A stretch of DNA of 51,676 nt from Thermoplasmatales archaeon SW_10_69_26 (GCA_003009755.1 PXUB01000019.1:22986-74661), one strand, 5' to 3'. Counted from the first letter of the stretch, positions 10,316 through 20,180 are shown. Notes: generated by a model from the letters alone, not told the origin. Made by a program: numbers and translations.

Positions 10316-10681
10316 TCATCCCAGATGCTTCCGGACGATCTCGTTGAGCTCGTCGAGCCCGAAGGGTTTGCCGAGCACGTCGTCGAAGTGCGGTTCCAGA
10401 TCGCTCGACGAGCGGATCTTCGAGCCGAAGATCGCCGTGATCGCGAGGAGCGGCGGAGCAGGATCGGTTCGCTCGCGGACGTGTTCGGCGACGGCCCAGC
10501 CGTCCATCTCGGGCATCTTGAGGTCGACGAACACGATGTCGGGTTGCGCCGTTTCGAGGTCCGACAGGAGCGCCGGGCCGTCGGCGTAGGTCTCGACGTC
10601 GTGCCCGTCCCGCTCCAGGGCATCCTTGACGAGGCGGCGGATCTCGGGTTCGTCGTCGACGACGTGGACGAGGGCGCTCAC
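10316..10681 (-). CDS. Stand-alone response regulator receiver (CheY-like)
   Basis: VHVVDDEPEIR, DIVFVDLKMPEMDG, AITA, KPFGLDEL; GTG start overlaps upstream TGA (GTGA). Confidence 0.92.
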   Translation of the reverse strand: MSALVHVVDDEPEIRRLVKDALERDGHDVETYADGPALLSDLETAQPDIVFVDLKMPEMDGWAVAEHVRERTDPAPPLLAITAIFGSKIRSSSDLEPHFDDVLGKPFGLDELNEIVRKHLG

Positions 10682-11475
10682 GATCGATCGGCCCCCGTGG
10701 GGATCTCCAGCTCGTACCCGAGGTATCCCGGTTGGCGTTCGGCCACGTAGATCGCGCCGCCGTGGCGCTCGACGACCGCGCGAACGTAGGGGAGGTCGAT
10801 GGACAGGGCCTCGAGGCTGAACCGCTGCGCGAGGCGTTCCACCATGTCCTTGCGATCGAGCGAGCAGGGCTCGACCCCGACGAACACGCAGGCTTCCTCG
10901 GGACCGCCGTCCACGTGGACGGCCAGGCGGCCGTCGTCGGTGGTCGTCCGTAGCAGCCACGTGACGAGGTAGTCGAGCACGCGGGCGATCTTCTCCCGGT
11001 CGGCCTCGACCTGGGCGGGTTGCATGTCGGTGTCGACGGCCTCCCGGTCGGGGTCGAGGCCGTTGCGTTGGAACAGGCCGGTGAGCAACTGGGCGAGGTC
11101 GACGTCGCGGGTTTCCAGCCGGATCAAGGCCTTGGCGATCTCCTGACGGTCGAGGTAGGTCTCGGCGATCGCGCTGCCGCGATCGATCTCGCCCAGCATG
11201 CGGTCGACGGTGTCGGCGTCGAGCCGGGCTCCGGGTTCATCGCTGCGGTAGGAGGCCAGCTCGATCTGCGTGTACAGCATCGTGAAGATCTGCCGGAGCT
11301 CGTGGTTGGCTTGCTCGGTGAGGGGGCCCGTCACGTAGTCGAGAAGCCGACCCATGCCGCCATCGCGGTGGTCCCAGCCGCGGCTGAGCTCCTCGACGCG
11401 TTCCTGGAGCTTGTCGGGGTCGGTGCTCGCGTCGGCCGTCGACGCGGGCTCGATCGCGGACTCGTCGTCGTTCAC
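10678..11475 (-). CDS. Histidine kinase-like protein with intact H-box but degenerate ATPase domain (possible phosphotransferase)
   Basis: ANHELRQ H-box-like helix; HATPase-like fold (ADREKIARVLDYLV...RAVVERHGGAIYV) lacking the N-box Asn, DxGxG and GxGLG. Confidence 0.7.
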   Translation of the reverse strand: MNDDESAIEPASTADASTDPDKLQERVEELSRGWDHRDGGMGRLLDYVTGPLTEQANHELRQIFTMLYTQIELASYRSDEPGARLDADTVDRMLGEIDRGSAIAETYLDRQEIAKALIRLETRDVDLAQLLTGLFQRNGLDPDREAVDTDMQPAQVEADREKIARVLDYLVTWLLRTTTDDGRLAVHVDGGPEEACVFVGVEPCSLDRKDMVERLAQRFSLEALSIDLPYVRAVVERHGGAIYVAERQPGYLGYELEIPTGADRS

Positions 11476-11849
11476 CTCGCTTGCCCACCTCCCTCGGCTG
11501 CGGCCGACGGCTGCGGGCCTTCCGGCGTTGTCCTCTGATCGGCCAGGCCCAGCTCCTCGGGCGCGGCCTCCCGCTGCTCTCCGTGGCGTTCGAACAGCCA
11601 CAGGAAGATCGCGCCGGCGAGGAGGAACCCGACCACGAGCTGGGCGATGGCGACGGACAGCTCCTCGCCGATCCCCAGCCGGGTCGGCTGTCGCCAGAGG
11701 ATCGCACAGGCGCCGGCCAGGGCGATCAGGACGGCCCAGACGCGGTCGACGGTACTGGGGTCGAGCAGGAAGGCGCCGGTGAGCACGATCGACCAGCCGC
11801 CCATCGCGACGAGGAGCACGGCCTCGAGCGTGGCCAGGTCAACCGGCAT
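11472..11849 (-). CDS. Small membrane protein (3 TM)
   Basis: Hydrophobic 125-aa ORF; GTGA overlap with the next gene. Confidence 0.6.
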   Translation of the reverse strand: MPVDLATLEAVLLVAMGGWSIVLTGAFLLDPSTVDRVWAVLIALAGACAILWRQPTRLGIGEELSVAIAQLVVGFLLAGAIFLWLFERHGEQREAAPEELGLADQRTTPEGPQPSAAAEGGGQAR

Positions 11850-12164
11850 CCGTCGTCACCTCGTCGGCGGCCCCCGCGACGGGCCGCCAGCCGACCGGCG
11901 AGCCGAGCACGTCCTCGCGAGCCCGGGAGGTGAGGGCCAAGAGCAGGAGAGCGCTGAACAAGGCCATGGCGAGGGCCGACGCCTCGACCAGGTCCACGCC
12001 GCTCCACGCCATCCTTGGATCAGTCCCCGCCTACCGACCTGGTTGCGGTTGGGCGCCCTCCCGTACATAACCCCTTGCCCATCACACCCTGACCCCCTCC
12101 GGCCGTCGGGAACGGGTCGAGCCAGGCGGCGAAAACCCTTAGGTCGACGCCTGGTTGGGGGTTC

Positions 12165-13241
12165 GTGGCGGTCGCCGACCTCGAGCAGCGTCTGGACCCG
12201 CAGGGCGAGCCGACCGGGGACCCTCCCTCGCTCGACGAGGACGAGCTGCTCCGCATCTACCGTGCGATGGCGGCCACGCGACGCGTCGACGAGCGCTGCA
12301 TGAAGTTGCAGCGTCAGGGACGCATCGGCTTCTACGGCGCCTCGACCGGCGAGGAGGCAGCCGCGGTCGGATCCGCGGCCGCGCTCGACGAGGAGGATTG
12401 GGTGTTCCCGGCGCTCCGCCAAGGCGGCGTCATGTTGTACCGCGGCTGGTCGCTGGAGAAGTGGTTCCACCACCTGTTCGGCAACGAGGAGGCGGCCGAG
12501 AAGGGTCGCTCGATGCCGTGCCACTTCTCCGATCGCGACGTCAACCAGGTGAGCTGGTCCTCGTGCATGGCGACCCAGCTCCCGCACGCCGTCGGCATGG
12601 CCTACGCCGCCGACTACCAAGGCGACGACACGGTGGCGGCCGCCTACCTCGGCGACGGCGCCACGAGCGAGGGCGATTTCCACACGGCGATGAACTTCGC
12701 CGGCGTGTGGGACGCCCCGGTCGTGTTCATCTGCAACAACAACCACTGGGCGATCAGCGTCCCCTCCGAGAAGCAGACGGCCTCGGAGACGTTCGCGCAG
12801 AAGGCCGAAGCCTACGGGTTCGAGGGGCACCGCGTCGACGGGAACGACGTGTTGGCCATGTACGAAGCCACGCGCGAGGCCGTGGAGAAGGCTCGCCGAG
12901 GCGAGGGTCCGACGATGATCGAGGCGGTCACCTACCGCATCCGCGGCCACAGCACCTCCGACGATCCCAGCCGGTACCGGGACGAGGAGGAGGTCGAGGA
13001 CTGGCGGCGCAAGGACCCCTTGCACCGGTACCAGAAGTACCTCGTCATGCAGGACGTGGCCGCGCCGGACGACTTCGAGGCCATCCACGAGGAGATCGAG
13101 GCCGAGATCGAGGAGGCGCTCGCGGCTGCCGAGGAGGGCAGCCCGCCCGACCTCGAGTCGACGGTCGAGGACGTGTACGACGAGGTGCCGCCGCACCTGG
13201 CCGATCAGATGGCCGCGTTGAAGAACCAGCTGGAGGAGTGA
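12165..13241 (+). CDS. pdhA: 2-oxoacid (pyruvate/branched-chain) dehydrogenase E1 alpha subunit
   Basis: LQRQGRIGFY, TPP-binding GDGATSEGDFH...NNHWAIS, RIRGHSTSDDPSRYR. Confidence 0.93.
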   Translation: MAVADLEQRLDPQGEPTGDPPSLDEDELLRIYRAMAATRRVDERCMKLQRQGRIGFYGASTGEEAAAVGSAAALDEEDWVFPALRQGGVMLYRGWSLEKWFHHLFGNEEAAEKGRSMPCHFSDRDVNQVSWSSCMATQLPHAVGMAYAADYQGDDTVAAAYLGDGATSEGDFHTAMNFAGVWDAPVVFICNNNHWAISVPSEKQTASETFAQKAEAYGFEGHRVDGNDVLAMYEATREAVEKARRGEGPTMIEAVTYRIRGHSTSDDPSRYRDEEEVEDWRRKDPLHRYQKYLVMQDVAAPDDFEAIHEEIEAEIEEALAAAEEGSPPDLESTVEDVYDEVPPHLADQMAALKNQLEE

Positions 13242-13245
13242 AGGC

Positions 13246-14511
13246 TTGGCGTTCGATTTCGAGCTCCCGGACGTAGGGGAAGGCATCCACGAGGGCGAGA
13301 TCGTCAACTGGCTCGTCGGCGAGGGCGACCCGGTGGCCGAGGACGAGGACATCGTCGAGGTGATGACCGACAAGGCCACCGTCCAGATCTCGGCGCCCGT
13401 CGCCGGCACGATCGCCGAGCTGCGGTTCGACGAGGGCGACGTGGTCGAGGTCGGCGAGATCTTCGTCGTCATCGAGCCCAGCGGAGACGTCGACACCGAA
13501 CCCCAGCCGTCCGACGAGACCGAGCCCGAGACCGCCCGGGCCGACCCCGAGCCGGCGCCATCGCCGACGGGAACCAACGGCCACCAGCCCCAACGCACGC
13601 CCGAGGGCATCCTGGCGCCGCCCTCGGTCCGCATCGAGGCCCGCAAGCGCGGCATCGACATCGCCGACGTCGAGGGCACCGGCCCGGCCGGGCGCATCTC
13701 GATGGAGGATCTCGAAGCCCACGCGAGCACCGAGCCGGCCGGCGAGGCCACCCCCGAGCCGACCGCGGAACCGACGAGCGCAACCGGCGGCGCCGGCGGC
13801 GTGGCCCAGGCGCTACCCTACGACATCGAGCCGGGCAGCGTGGACCGCGAGACGGCGCGTGCGGTCGAGCCGATCCAGGCTGCCACGGTCAGCCCCAGCG
13901 CCCACGCGGCCCGAGCGACGAGCCTGCAGTCGCACTTCACCCACGCCGTCCAGATCGATGCCGACGAGCTCGTCGAGGACGTGCAAGCAGCGGGGCAAGA
14001 GGACCTCGGCGAGGACACGCTCGTGACGGCGTTCGTCGTGAAGGCGATCGCGCGCGGCCTGCAGGATCACGAGCGCTGCAACGCCTGGGTCGACGAGGAC
14101 AGCCGCGACCTGGTCGTGGCCGACCCGATCAACGTCGGCGTCGCGACGCCGACCGAGGACGGGCTCGAGCTGCGCACCGTCGCCGACGCCGACGAGCGCG
14201 GCGTCCTGTCGATCGCTGGCACCATCGCGGACGGCGGCGACGACGCCGAGGCGACGTTCACCGTGACCAGCTACGAGGGCAACGGTGGCCTCGTGGCGAC
14301 CCCGATCCTGGTGCACCCGCAGATGGCGGGCGCCTCGATCGGCCGCATCCGCGACGTGGCTCGACTGGATGAGGGCGACGTCGTGCCCGGCAAGCAGCTG
14401 TCCCTGGCGTTCACGTTCGACCACCGCTACATCGACGGGTACGACGGGGCGCTGCTGGCCGACGACGTCGAGGAGCTGTTGTCCTCGCCGGGCTCGATGC
14501 TTCTGGGGTGA
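13246..14511 (+). CDS. pdhC: Dihydrolipoamide acyltransferase (E2)
   Basis: Lipoyl domain LPDVGEGIHEGEIVNW...MTDKA; E3-binding APPSVRIEARKRGIDI...GTGPAGRI; catalytic FDHRYIDG. Confidence 0.9.
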   Translation: MAFDFELPDVGEGIHEGEIVNWLVGEGDPVAEDEDIVEVMTDKATVQISAPVAGTIAELRFDEGDVVEVGEIFVVIEPSGDVDTEPQPSDETEPETARADPEPAPSPTGTNGHQPQRTPEGILAPPSVRIEARKRGIDIADVEGTGPAGRISMEDLEAHASTEPAGEATPEPTAEPTSATGGAGGVAQALPYDIEPGSVDRETARAVEPIQAATVSPSAHAARATSLQSHFTHAVQIDADELVEDVQAAGQEDLGEDTLVTAFVVKAIARGLQDHERCNAWVDEDSRDLVVADPINVGVATPTEDGLELRTVADADERGVLSIAGTIADGGDDAEATFTVTSYEGNGGLVATPILVHPQMAGASIGRIRDVARLDEGDVVPGKQLSLAFTFDHRYIDGYDGALLADDVEELLSSPGSMLLG

Positions 14512-14584
14512 GCAGACCAGGGGCGTTGTTCCGAGAGGGTGGTAGGGCAAGCTTTATGCTCCAGCAGTCGGACCGTGGCACTGT

Positions 14585-14764
14585 ATGACAGAGGGCTCCG
14601 ACGTGACCGTCGCCGGCAAGCGCTACGAGAACGCGGCCGCCTACCTCCAGAGCTTCCTGGGCTCGATCCGTTCCCAGGCCACGCAGCATGGAACACGGCC
14701 TGTGCAGGTGACGGTGGAGCCCGACGCGGACCTGGACGAGGACGACCTGGACGCGCTCCAGTAG
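14585..14764 (+). CDS. Small acidic hypothetical protein (59 aa)
   Basis: MTEGSDVTVAGKRYENAAAYLQSFLGS...DLDEDDLDALQ*; host-like codon use; TATA-like gctttatg ~30 bp upstream; below the ORF-track length cutoff. Confidence 0.5.
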   Translation: MTEGSDVTVAGKRYENAAAYLQSFLGSIRSQATQHGTRPVQVTVEPDADLDEDDLDALQ

Positions 14765-14854
14765 CTGGGCTCGCGGCTGCGAGGCTGGAGGCCGGGGATC
14801 GACCCGTCGGTCGAACCCCTAAGCGTTGAAACCCCAGCAGGGCGTTGGCTCGTC

Positions 14855-16087
14855 GTGCTGGATCGCCGCGACGTCGCGGCGTGGTCGGCCTTCGACCTCG
14901 CGAACACGATCTTCTCCTTCAACATCCTCAGTTTCTACTTCCCCGTTTGGGCGAAGGAGACGCTGGGGGCGGCCGACAGCCACCTCTCGATCGCGTTCAG
15001 CACCTCGATGGTACTGGTCGCCGTCGCCTCGCCGCTCGCCGGCGCGCTGTCGGATCGGCTGGGTCGGCGGATCCCGTTGCTGGCGGCCTCGACCTTGGTG
15101 TGCGTGGCCGCCACGATGGCGCTGGGGTTGGCCCAGTTGCCGGCGGCCTTGATTCTCTACGCTCTCGCGAACCTCGCCTTCCAGCTGGGGCTGGTGTTCT
15201 ACGATGCCCTGTTGCCCGAGGTGGCTGAGGACGGGGACGTCGGTCGCGTCGGTGGGGTCGGCATCTCGGCGGGCTACGTCGGCTCGTTCCTGGGGCTGGG
15301 CGTCGGGGCGGTGTTGCTGGAGACGCTGGCCAACCCGCACCCGTGGATCTTCGCCGCGACCGGTCTGATGTTCCTCGGGTTCGCGTTGCCCTGCTTCGTG
15401 TGGGTGCCCGACACCGGCACCGGGCCCTCGCCGGAGGGCACGCTCGTCAGCGAGGCGCGCCGCACGATCGCCGACCTGCGGACGCGGCCGAGCCTGGCGC
15501 GGTTCCTGGCGGCTCGGTTCGTGTACACGGATGCCGCGAACACGATGATCGTGTTCATGGGGATCTATGCGACGCGATCCGTCGGCTTCAGCGAGGCCGC
15601 CAGCCAGGGCGTGCTCGCCGTCGGGATCGCGGCCGCCGTCCTGGCCGGCGTGGCCGTCGGCTACGCCGTCGATCGGGTCGGCGCCAAGCGAGCGCTCGGC
15701 TCCGTGCTCGTGGCCTGGGTGGCCGCGCTCGCGCTGGCCGCTGCCGTCCCGTTGGCGACGTGGCCCACCTGGACGTTCTGGCCGGTGGCCGCGGCAGCCG
15801 GCGCCTGCCTGGGTGGGACCTGGGCGGCCGATCGCCCCCTGATGCTGGAGCTGACCCCGGAGGGGCGGGTCGGCGAGTTCTACGGGCTGTACGGCATGGT
15901 CGGCCGGTTCGCGGCCGTCGTCGGCCCCCTGATGTGGGGAGCCGTGGTGGACGGACCCGACTGGGACCAGGTGCCGGGCGTGGCCGAGGGCCGACCGATC
16001 GCGGTGCTGGTGCTGGCGGCCACGATGGTGATCGCCGGCGCGCTGCTGCGCGGTGTCGACATCGGCGCCGGACCGGTGGAGGGGTGA
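14855..16087 (+). CDS. MFS transporter (UMF1/Atg22-like)
   Basis: ~12 TM helices; AWSAFDLANT, GALSDRLGRR (MFS motif A), FYDALLPEV, GEFYGLYGMVGRFAAVVGP. Confidence 0.9.
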   Translation: MLDRRDVAAWSAFDLANTIFSFNILSFYFPVWAKETLGAADSHLSIAFSTSMVLVAVASPLAGALSDRLGRRIPLLAASTLVCVAATMALGLAQLPAALILYALANLAFQLGLVFYDALLPEVAEDGDVGRVGGVGISAGYVGSFLGLGVGAVLLETLANPHPWIFAATGLMFLGFALPCFVWVPDTGTGPSPEGTLVSEARRTIADLRTRPSLARFLAARFVYTDAANTMIVFMGIYATRSVGFSEAASQGVLAVGIAAAVLAGVAVGYAVDRVGAKRALGSVLVAWVAALALAAAVPLATWPTWTFWPVAAAAGACLGGTWAADRPLMLELTPEGRVGEFYGLYGMVGRFAAVVGPLMWGAVVDGPDWDQVPGVAEGRPIAVLVLAATMVIAGALLRGVDIGAGPVEG

Positions 16088-16263
16088 TTAGCAGGGTGTT
16101 CCTCCCGGTGGACTAGGCCGGTTCGGCACGAGCCACCAACGTTACCGCACCAGCCCGTAGCAGCGAAGAAAGGACGAAGGGAGCCGCGTGAGATTAAAGA
16201 GGAGCCGGCCAGTCCAACGGTACGGACTGACGGGCTCCTCTTAGCATATGACGATGGGTCGTG

Positions 16264-17472
16264 CTAACGCATAAACTCTGTGGCTCGGCCCCAACCCCGG
16301 CTCAGGAGAACAAGGACCTCTTTTCCTGCGAGCGCCAAACCAGCTATTGTCGCGTACCACGCAGTAGGATTGATGACCGCTAACCCAAACCACGCCAACG
16401 CCAATACCGCTAGAAAGGCCGCGTTCCATCCGACGTACCGGAAAGGGAGAGGATTCCGGAATTCTGCCAGGAACACGGGCACGAGGACCCCTCCTGCTAG
16501 CACAAAGAGATTCAGGAGTTCGCCAGTCCGAATACAAGGTTCACCCCCACATACACCGACTAAGAGCCGGGGAGCCAACGCTAGAAGACTGAAAAGGAAG
16601 AGGAAGACGAAATGGAGTGCCGAAGGCGTCTGAAATGAGCAGACTGCCTTCCACTCAGGGTCATCGGGATCAAGGTTCTCGGCTGCGTCCCATATCGGAG
16701 GCTTGTCTCGGAAGGGAAGATATATTCGCCAGGACGCCCCGGATTCGGTCGCTTTGCCTGTTCCATCTGGCCAATGATCGGGCGGACTACAGGCCTTGAT
16801 GTCAGTCCCTGCCGGCGCGTGAATACGCAGATGAGTAGAGTGGAGACGTCCGATGGAAAATCGTTGCCTACTCTCAAAATGACCCAACAGCGGCCCTAAA
16901 ATTATGGAGGAAGTTTTCCTCCCAGAACTCTTCATCCTCTCAAACTGAAGGGACACGAATCCTCCAGGCTCCAGAGGCGAAGGCAATGAGATGAAGGGCA
17001 CATACTTCCCCTCATCCGCAGACGAAACGAGGTCATCGAAGAAATCTCGCTCGTTGTGTCGAAGGGAGCAATTTCGGAGACCATTTCTGGCCTGCCGAAT
17101 CGTTTCCTCGCCGGGTGAATCCCCAGCCGAGAATTCTTGGCCTCCTTGGAGCAGAGAGTCGATAGCTTCCCTACCCTCGTCACTAATCCCGCGCGAGGCT
17201 AAGAGACCGACAAGCCTCCGCCGAACCTCCCCCGATGGGATAATCGTCGCCTTCCCCTCTCCATCAACCCGCGCCTCCATGTCCACCTGTATTTCCATGA
17301 GACGCGGCGGTAATCCGAGGACGTCTAGAGGCTTCTCGCTATTATTGAAGAGAAGAAACGTGGCCGATTCCTGAATGAGAGTGTCCGTTACGTAACGGTA
17401 GTCAATTTGGATTCGTTCAACTTTGGTCCCGTGGAGAGCTTCTACGAATAGTCCTGCATCTTGCCGGACCAC
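16264..17472 (-). CDS. Hypothetical protein with C-terminal 3-4 TM helices, atypical (lower GC) composition
   Basis: 402-aa ORF in a visibly more AT-rich block (~16130-17470); no motif recognised. Confidence 0.7.
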   Translation of the reverse strand: MVRQDAGLFVEALHGTKVERIQIDYRYVTDTLIQESATFLLFNNSEKPLDVLGLPPRLMEIQVDMEARVDGEGKATIIPSGEVRRRLVGLLASRGISDEGREAIDSLLQGGQEFSAGDSPGEETIRQARNGLRNCSLRHNERDFFDDLVSSADEGKYVPFISLPSPLEPGGFVSLQFERMKSSGRKTSSIILGPLLGHFESRQRFSIGRLHSTHLRIHAPAGTDIKACSPPDHWPDGTGKATESGASWRIYLPFRDKPPIWDAAENLDPDDPEWKAVCSFQTPSALHFVFLFLFSLLALAPRLLVGVCGGEPCIRTGELLNLFVLAGGVLVPVFLAEFRNPLPFRYVGWNAAFLAVLALAWFGLAVINPTAWYATIAGLALAGKEVLVLLSRGWGRATEFMR

Positions 17473-17479
17473 CTCTACT

Positions 17480-18613
17480 TCACCCAGACGCCCGTCCTAT
17501 CCGCTCGGCCACGGCCTCGCCGACCTCGCTGGTGCGAGCTTGCCCGCCGAGATCGTAGGTGCGCGGGCCCTCGGCCAAGGTCTCGGCGACGGCCTGCTCG
17601 ATGCCCTGAGCGGCCCGGCGCAGCCGGTCGTCGCCGTGTTGGCGGCCCAGCCAGTCGACCATCATGCCGGCCGCGAGGATCGCGGCCGTCGGGTTGACCT
17701 CGTCCTTGCCGGCGTGCTTGGGGCTGGATCCGTGCACCGGCTCGAACATCGCCTGGTCCTCGCCGACGTTGCCCGCCGGCGCCATGCCCATGCCGCCCTG
17801 GAGGACGGCGGCCAGGTCGGTCACGATGTCGCCGAGCATGTTCGTGGTGACGCAGACGTCGTAGTACTCGGGCTCGCGCACGAGCCACTGCGTGAACGCG
17901 TCGACGTAGGCGAAGTCGGTCTCGATCGCGGGGAAGTCCTCGGCGACCTCCTCGAACACCTCGCGGAACAGGCGCGAGCCGTCGAGGACGTTGGCCTTGT
18001 CGACGCAGGTGACGCGCGAGGTGCCGTCCTGAGCGCAACCATCGCGGTCCTGGGCGCGCTCGAAGGCCCGCCGGGCGACGCGCTGGGCCCCTTTGCGCGT
18101 GATCGCGTTGTTGTCGACGGCGACCTCGCTTGTGCCGCCGCGATCGAGCATCCCGCGAGCCGGCGTGTAGAGGCCCTCGGTGTTCTCGCGCAGGATCTCG
18201 AGGTCGACCAGGTCGGCCTCCCACACCTGGTCGAACTCGCCGTGGACCTTGTGCGGCACGCCCTCGAAGAGCTTGGTCGGGCGCACGTTGGCGTACAGGT
18301 CGAGCCCGAAGCGCAGCCCGAACACGACGCCTGCGCCCGCGATCTCGCCGTCGTCGCGTTCGACGCCCGGCCAACCGATCGCGCCGAGGAAGATGGCGTC
18401 GGCCTCCTCGGCCGCCTGCTCGGCGCCGGGCGCCCACTCCTCGCCGGTGCGCTCGTAGTGCTTGGCTCCGCACTCGTGCTCCTCCAGCGAGAGGTGCACG
18501 TCGTGGGCTTGCTGGGCCGCCTCGAGCACGGTCGTGGCGGCCTCGGTGACCTCGGGACCGATCCCGTCGCCGGGCAGGACGGTGACGTCGTAGGTGTGCG
18601 CGCCCGTGGGCAT
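17480..18613 (-). CDS. Isocitrate/isopropylmalate/tartrate dehydrogenase family protein (LeuB-like)
   Basis: LPGDGIGPEV, LDLYANVRP, RENTEGLY, VDKANVL, NMLGDIVTD, EPVHGSSPKHAGKDEVNP. Confidence 0.92.
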   Translation of the reverse strand: MPTGAHTYDVTVLPGDGIGPEVTEAATTVLEAAQQAHDVHLSLEEHECGAKHYERTGEEWAPGAEQAAEEADAIFLGAIGWPGVERDDGEIAGAGVVFGLRFGLDLYANVRPTKLFEGVPHKVHGEFDQVWEADLVDLEILRENTEGLYTPARGMLDRGGTSEVAVDNNAITRKGAQRVARRAFERAQDRDGCAQDGTSRVTCVDKANVLDGSRLFREVFEEVAEDFPAIETDFAYVDAFTQWLVREPEYYDVCVTTNMLGDIVTDLAAVLQGGMGMAPAGNVGEDQAMFEPVHGSSPKHAGKDEVNPTAAILAAGMMVDWLGRQHGDDRLRRAAQGIEQAVAETLAEGPRTYDLGGQARTSEVGEAVAERIGRASG

Positions 18614-18842
18614 CGTCGGGGCAGCGGTGGACGGGGATTTGAGCGTTGGCGTGGGGGTGTCCGTGACCTCCCGTGACAACCGACCGATGAACCGGCCCGC
18701 CTCCCTTGGGGGGTCGATGCCCGACCCGGGAGCCGGTCACGATGGACGGGTGGCCCAGCCCTTCGTCGTGCCACAAACTTTAAGCTCAGATAATCGGACC
18801 GGCGGTCAAGCGGGGTCGGGTAGCCCCGATCGGTGGTCGTCT

Positions 18843-19967
18843 ATGCGAGGCACGTCACTGCTCGTCGGTATCGCCCTGGCCGTGGGACTGCTTGTCACTT
18901 CCGCGGCGTCGGCAGCCGTCCAGGTCGACGACCCGGGCGACACGCTGGACGACCAGATGCGCGACTCGCAGGCCACGATCGACAGGCTGTTGCCCAGACC
19001 CGTCGAGACCCCCGCCGCCACGGCCTTCGACGCTTCGCTGCCCGGCGAGGGGGCTCCCTTGACCGTGGACGAGGGCTTGATGGCGACGGCACCGGTGGCC
19101 CCGCAGTTGGCCGTCGACCAGGCCACGGGTTCCCCGGATGCGCCGTCCCTCGACGGCGGCGACAGCGGATCCCCGACGACGGCCGTGGGCGCGATCGAGC
19201 CGGCCGAAGCCACCGACGAGCGCCTCCCGGACTACGTCACCAGCGATGCCTCGGTGGACGAGGGCAGCTCCGGGGACGAGAGCGCCGCGACGCAAAGCCA
19301 GGCCGCCAGCTCGGCCGACACGCGCTCGAGCGCGGCCGAGGCCTGGGACAGCCTCGACAAGGAAGAAAAAGCCGCCGCCACCGCCGGCGCGCTGGGCCTG
19401 CTGTTGCTGGGCCCGCTCACGATGTACTCGCGCATCCAGCGCGACGACGCGCTCGAGAACGACACCCGGCGCGAGATCTACGAGATCGTCGAGGACAACC
19501 CCGGCGTGTGCATCCAGGAGGCCGCCGACCAAGCCGACGTCTCCTACTCCACCGCCTCCTACCACCTCAAGCGGCTCGTCAAGATGGACTACGTGACGCG
19601 GTGCGAGGACGGGAACAAGGTGCTGTACTACAAGAACGGCGGCACGTTCACCGCCGAGGAGCGCGACCTGATCCCGATCCTCCAGAACGAGGAGGCGATG
19701 CGCGTGTTCCACCACATCGTCGAGAACCCCTGGTGCTACCGCGCCCAGGTCGCCGAAGCGCTGGACGTCTCCCACACGACGGTGAACTGGCACCTGGACC
19801 GCCTGCAGGACGCCGACCTCGTCGAGGAACACCGCGAGGGCCGCAGCTGCCACCTCAACGTGAACGAGGACGCCCTCGACCGCGTCGTCTCGACGATGGA
19901 GAAGCTCGAGACCGAGGCCGGGACGCCCGTCACGGTCGAGCCCACCGCCCAGGCCGCCCCAGCTTAG
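18843..19967 (+). CDS. Membrane-anchored double winged-HTH transcription regulator
   Basis: Signal peptide (MRGTSLLVGIALAVG...ASA), low-complexity acidic segment, hydrophobic AAATAGALGLLLLGPL, then two wHTH units (TRREIYEIVEDNPG...YHLKRL; HIVENPW...WHLDRL). Confidence 0.82.
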   Translation: MRGTSLLVGIALAVGLLVTSAASAAVQVDDPGDTLDDQMRDSQATIDRLLPRPVETPAATAFDASLPGEGAPLTVDEGLMATAPVAPQLAVDQATGSPDAPSLDGGDSGSPTTAVGAIEPAEATDERLPDYVTSDASVDEGSSGDESAATQSQAASSADTRSSAAEAWDSLDKEEKAAATAGALGLLLLGPLTMYSRIQRDDALENDTRREIYEIVEDNPGVCIQEAADQADVSYSTASYHLKRLVKMDYVTRCEDGNKVLYYKNGGTFTAEERDLIPILQNEEAMRVFHHIVENPWCYRAQVAEALDVSHTTVNWHLDRLQDADLVEEHREGRSCHLNVNEDALDRVVSTMEKLETEAGTPVTVEPTAQAAPA

Positions 19968-20180
19968 GCAACGCCCCAACCGCGGCGGACAAGGCGACCC
20001 CCCACGGGCCTCCTCCATCCATCGCCTCACGGTTCCGCTGTGGACGGCCCGAGGCGCTGCGATCGCCCTTGGCTGGGTGAGGAATCCCGCTTGTTCCCCG
20101 CAAGCCTGCCCAACCCGGCGACCGAGCACCCGTTCGGTGTCTTTCCCCCAGCTCCTCGGCTCCTCTGCGCGTCCTCCCGC

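Noticed and set aside
11839-12012. 57-aa hydrophobic ORF (MAWSGVDLVEAS...) upstream of the membrane protein
   Set aside because: Could be a frameshifted N-terminus or a small gene, but there is too little evidence to call it
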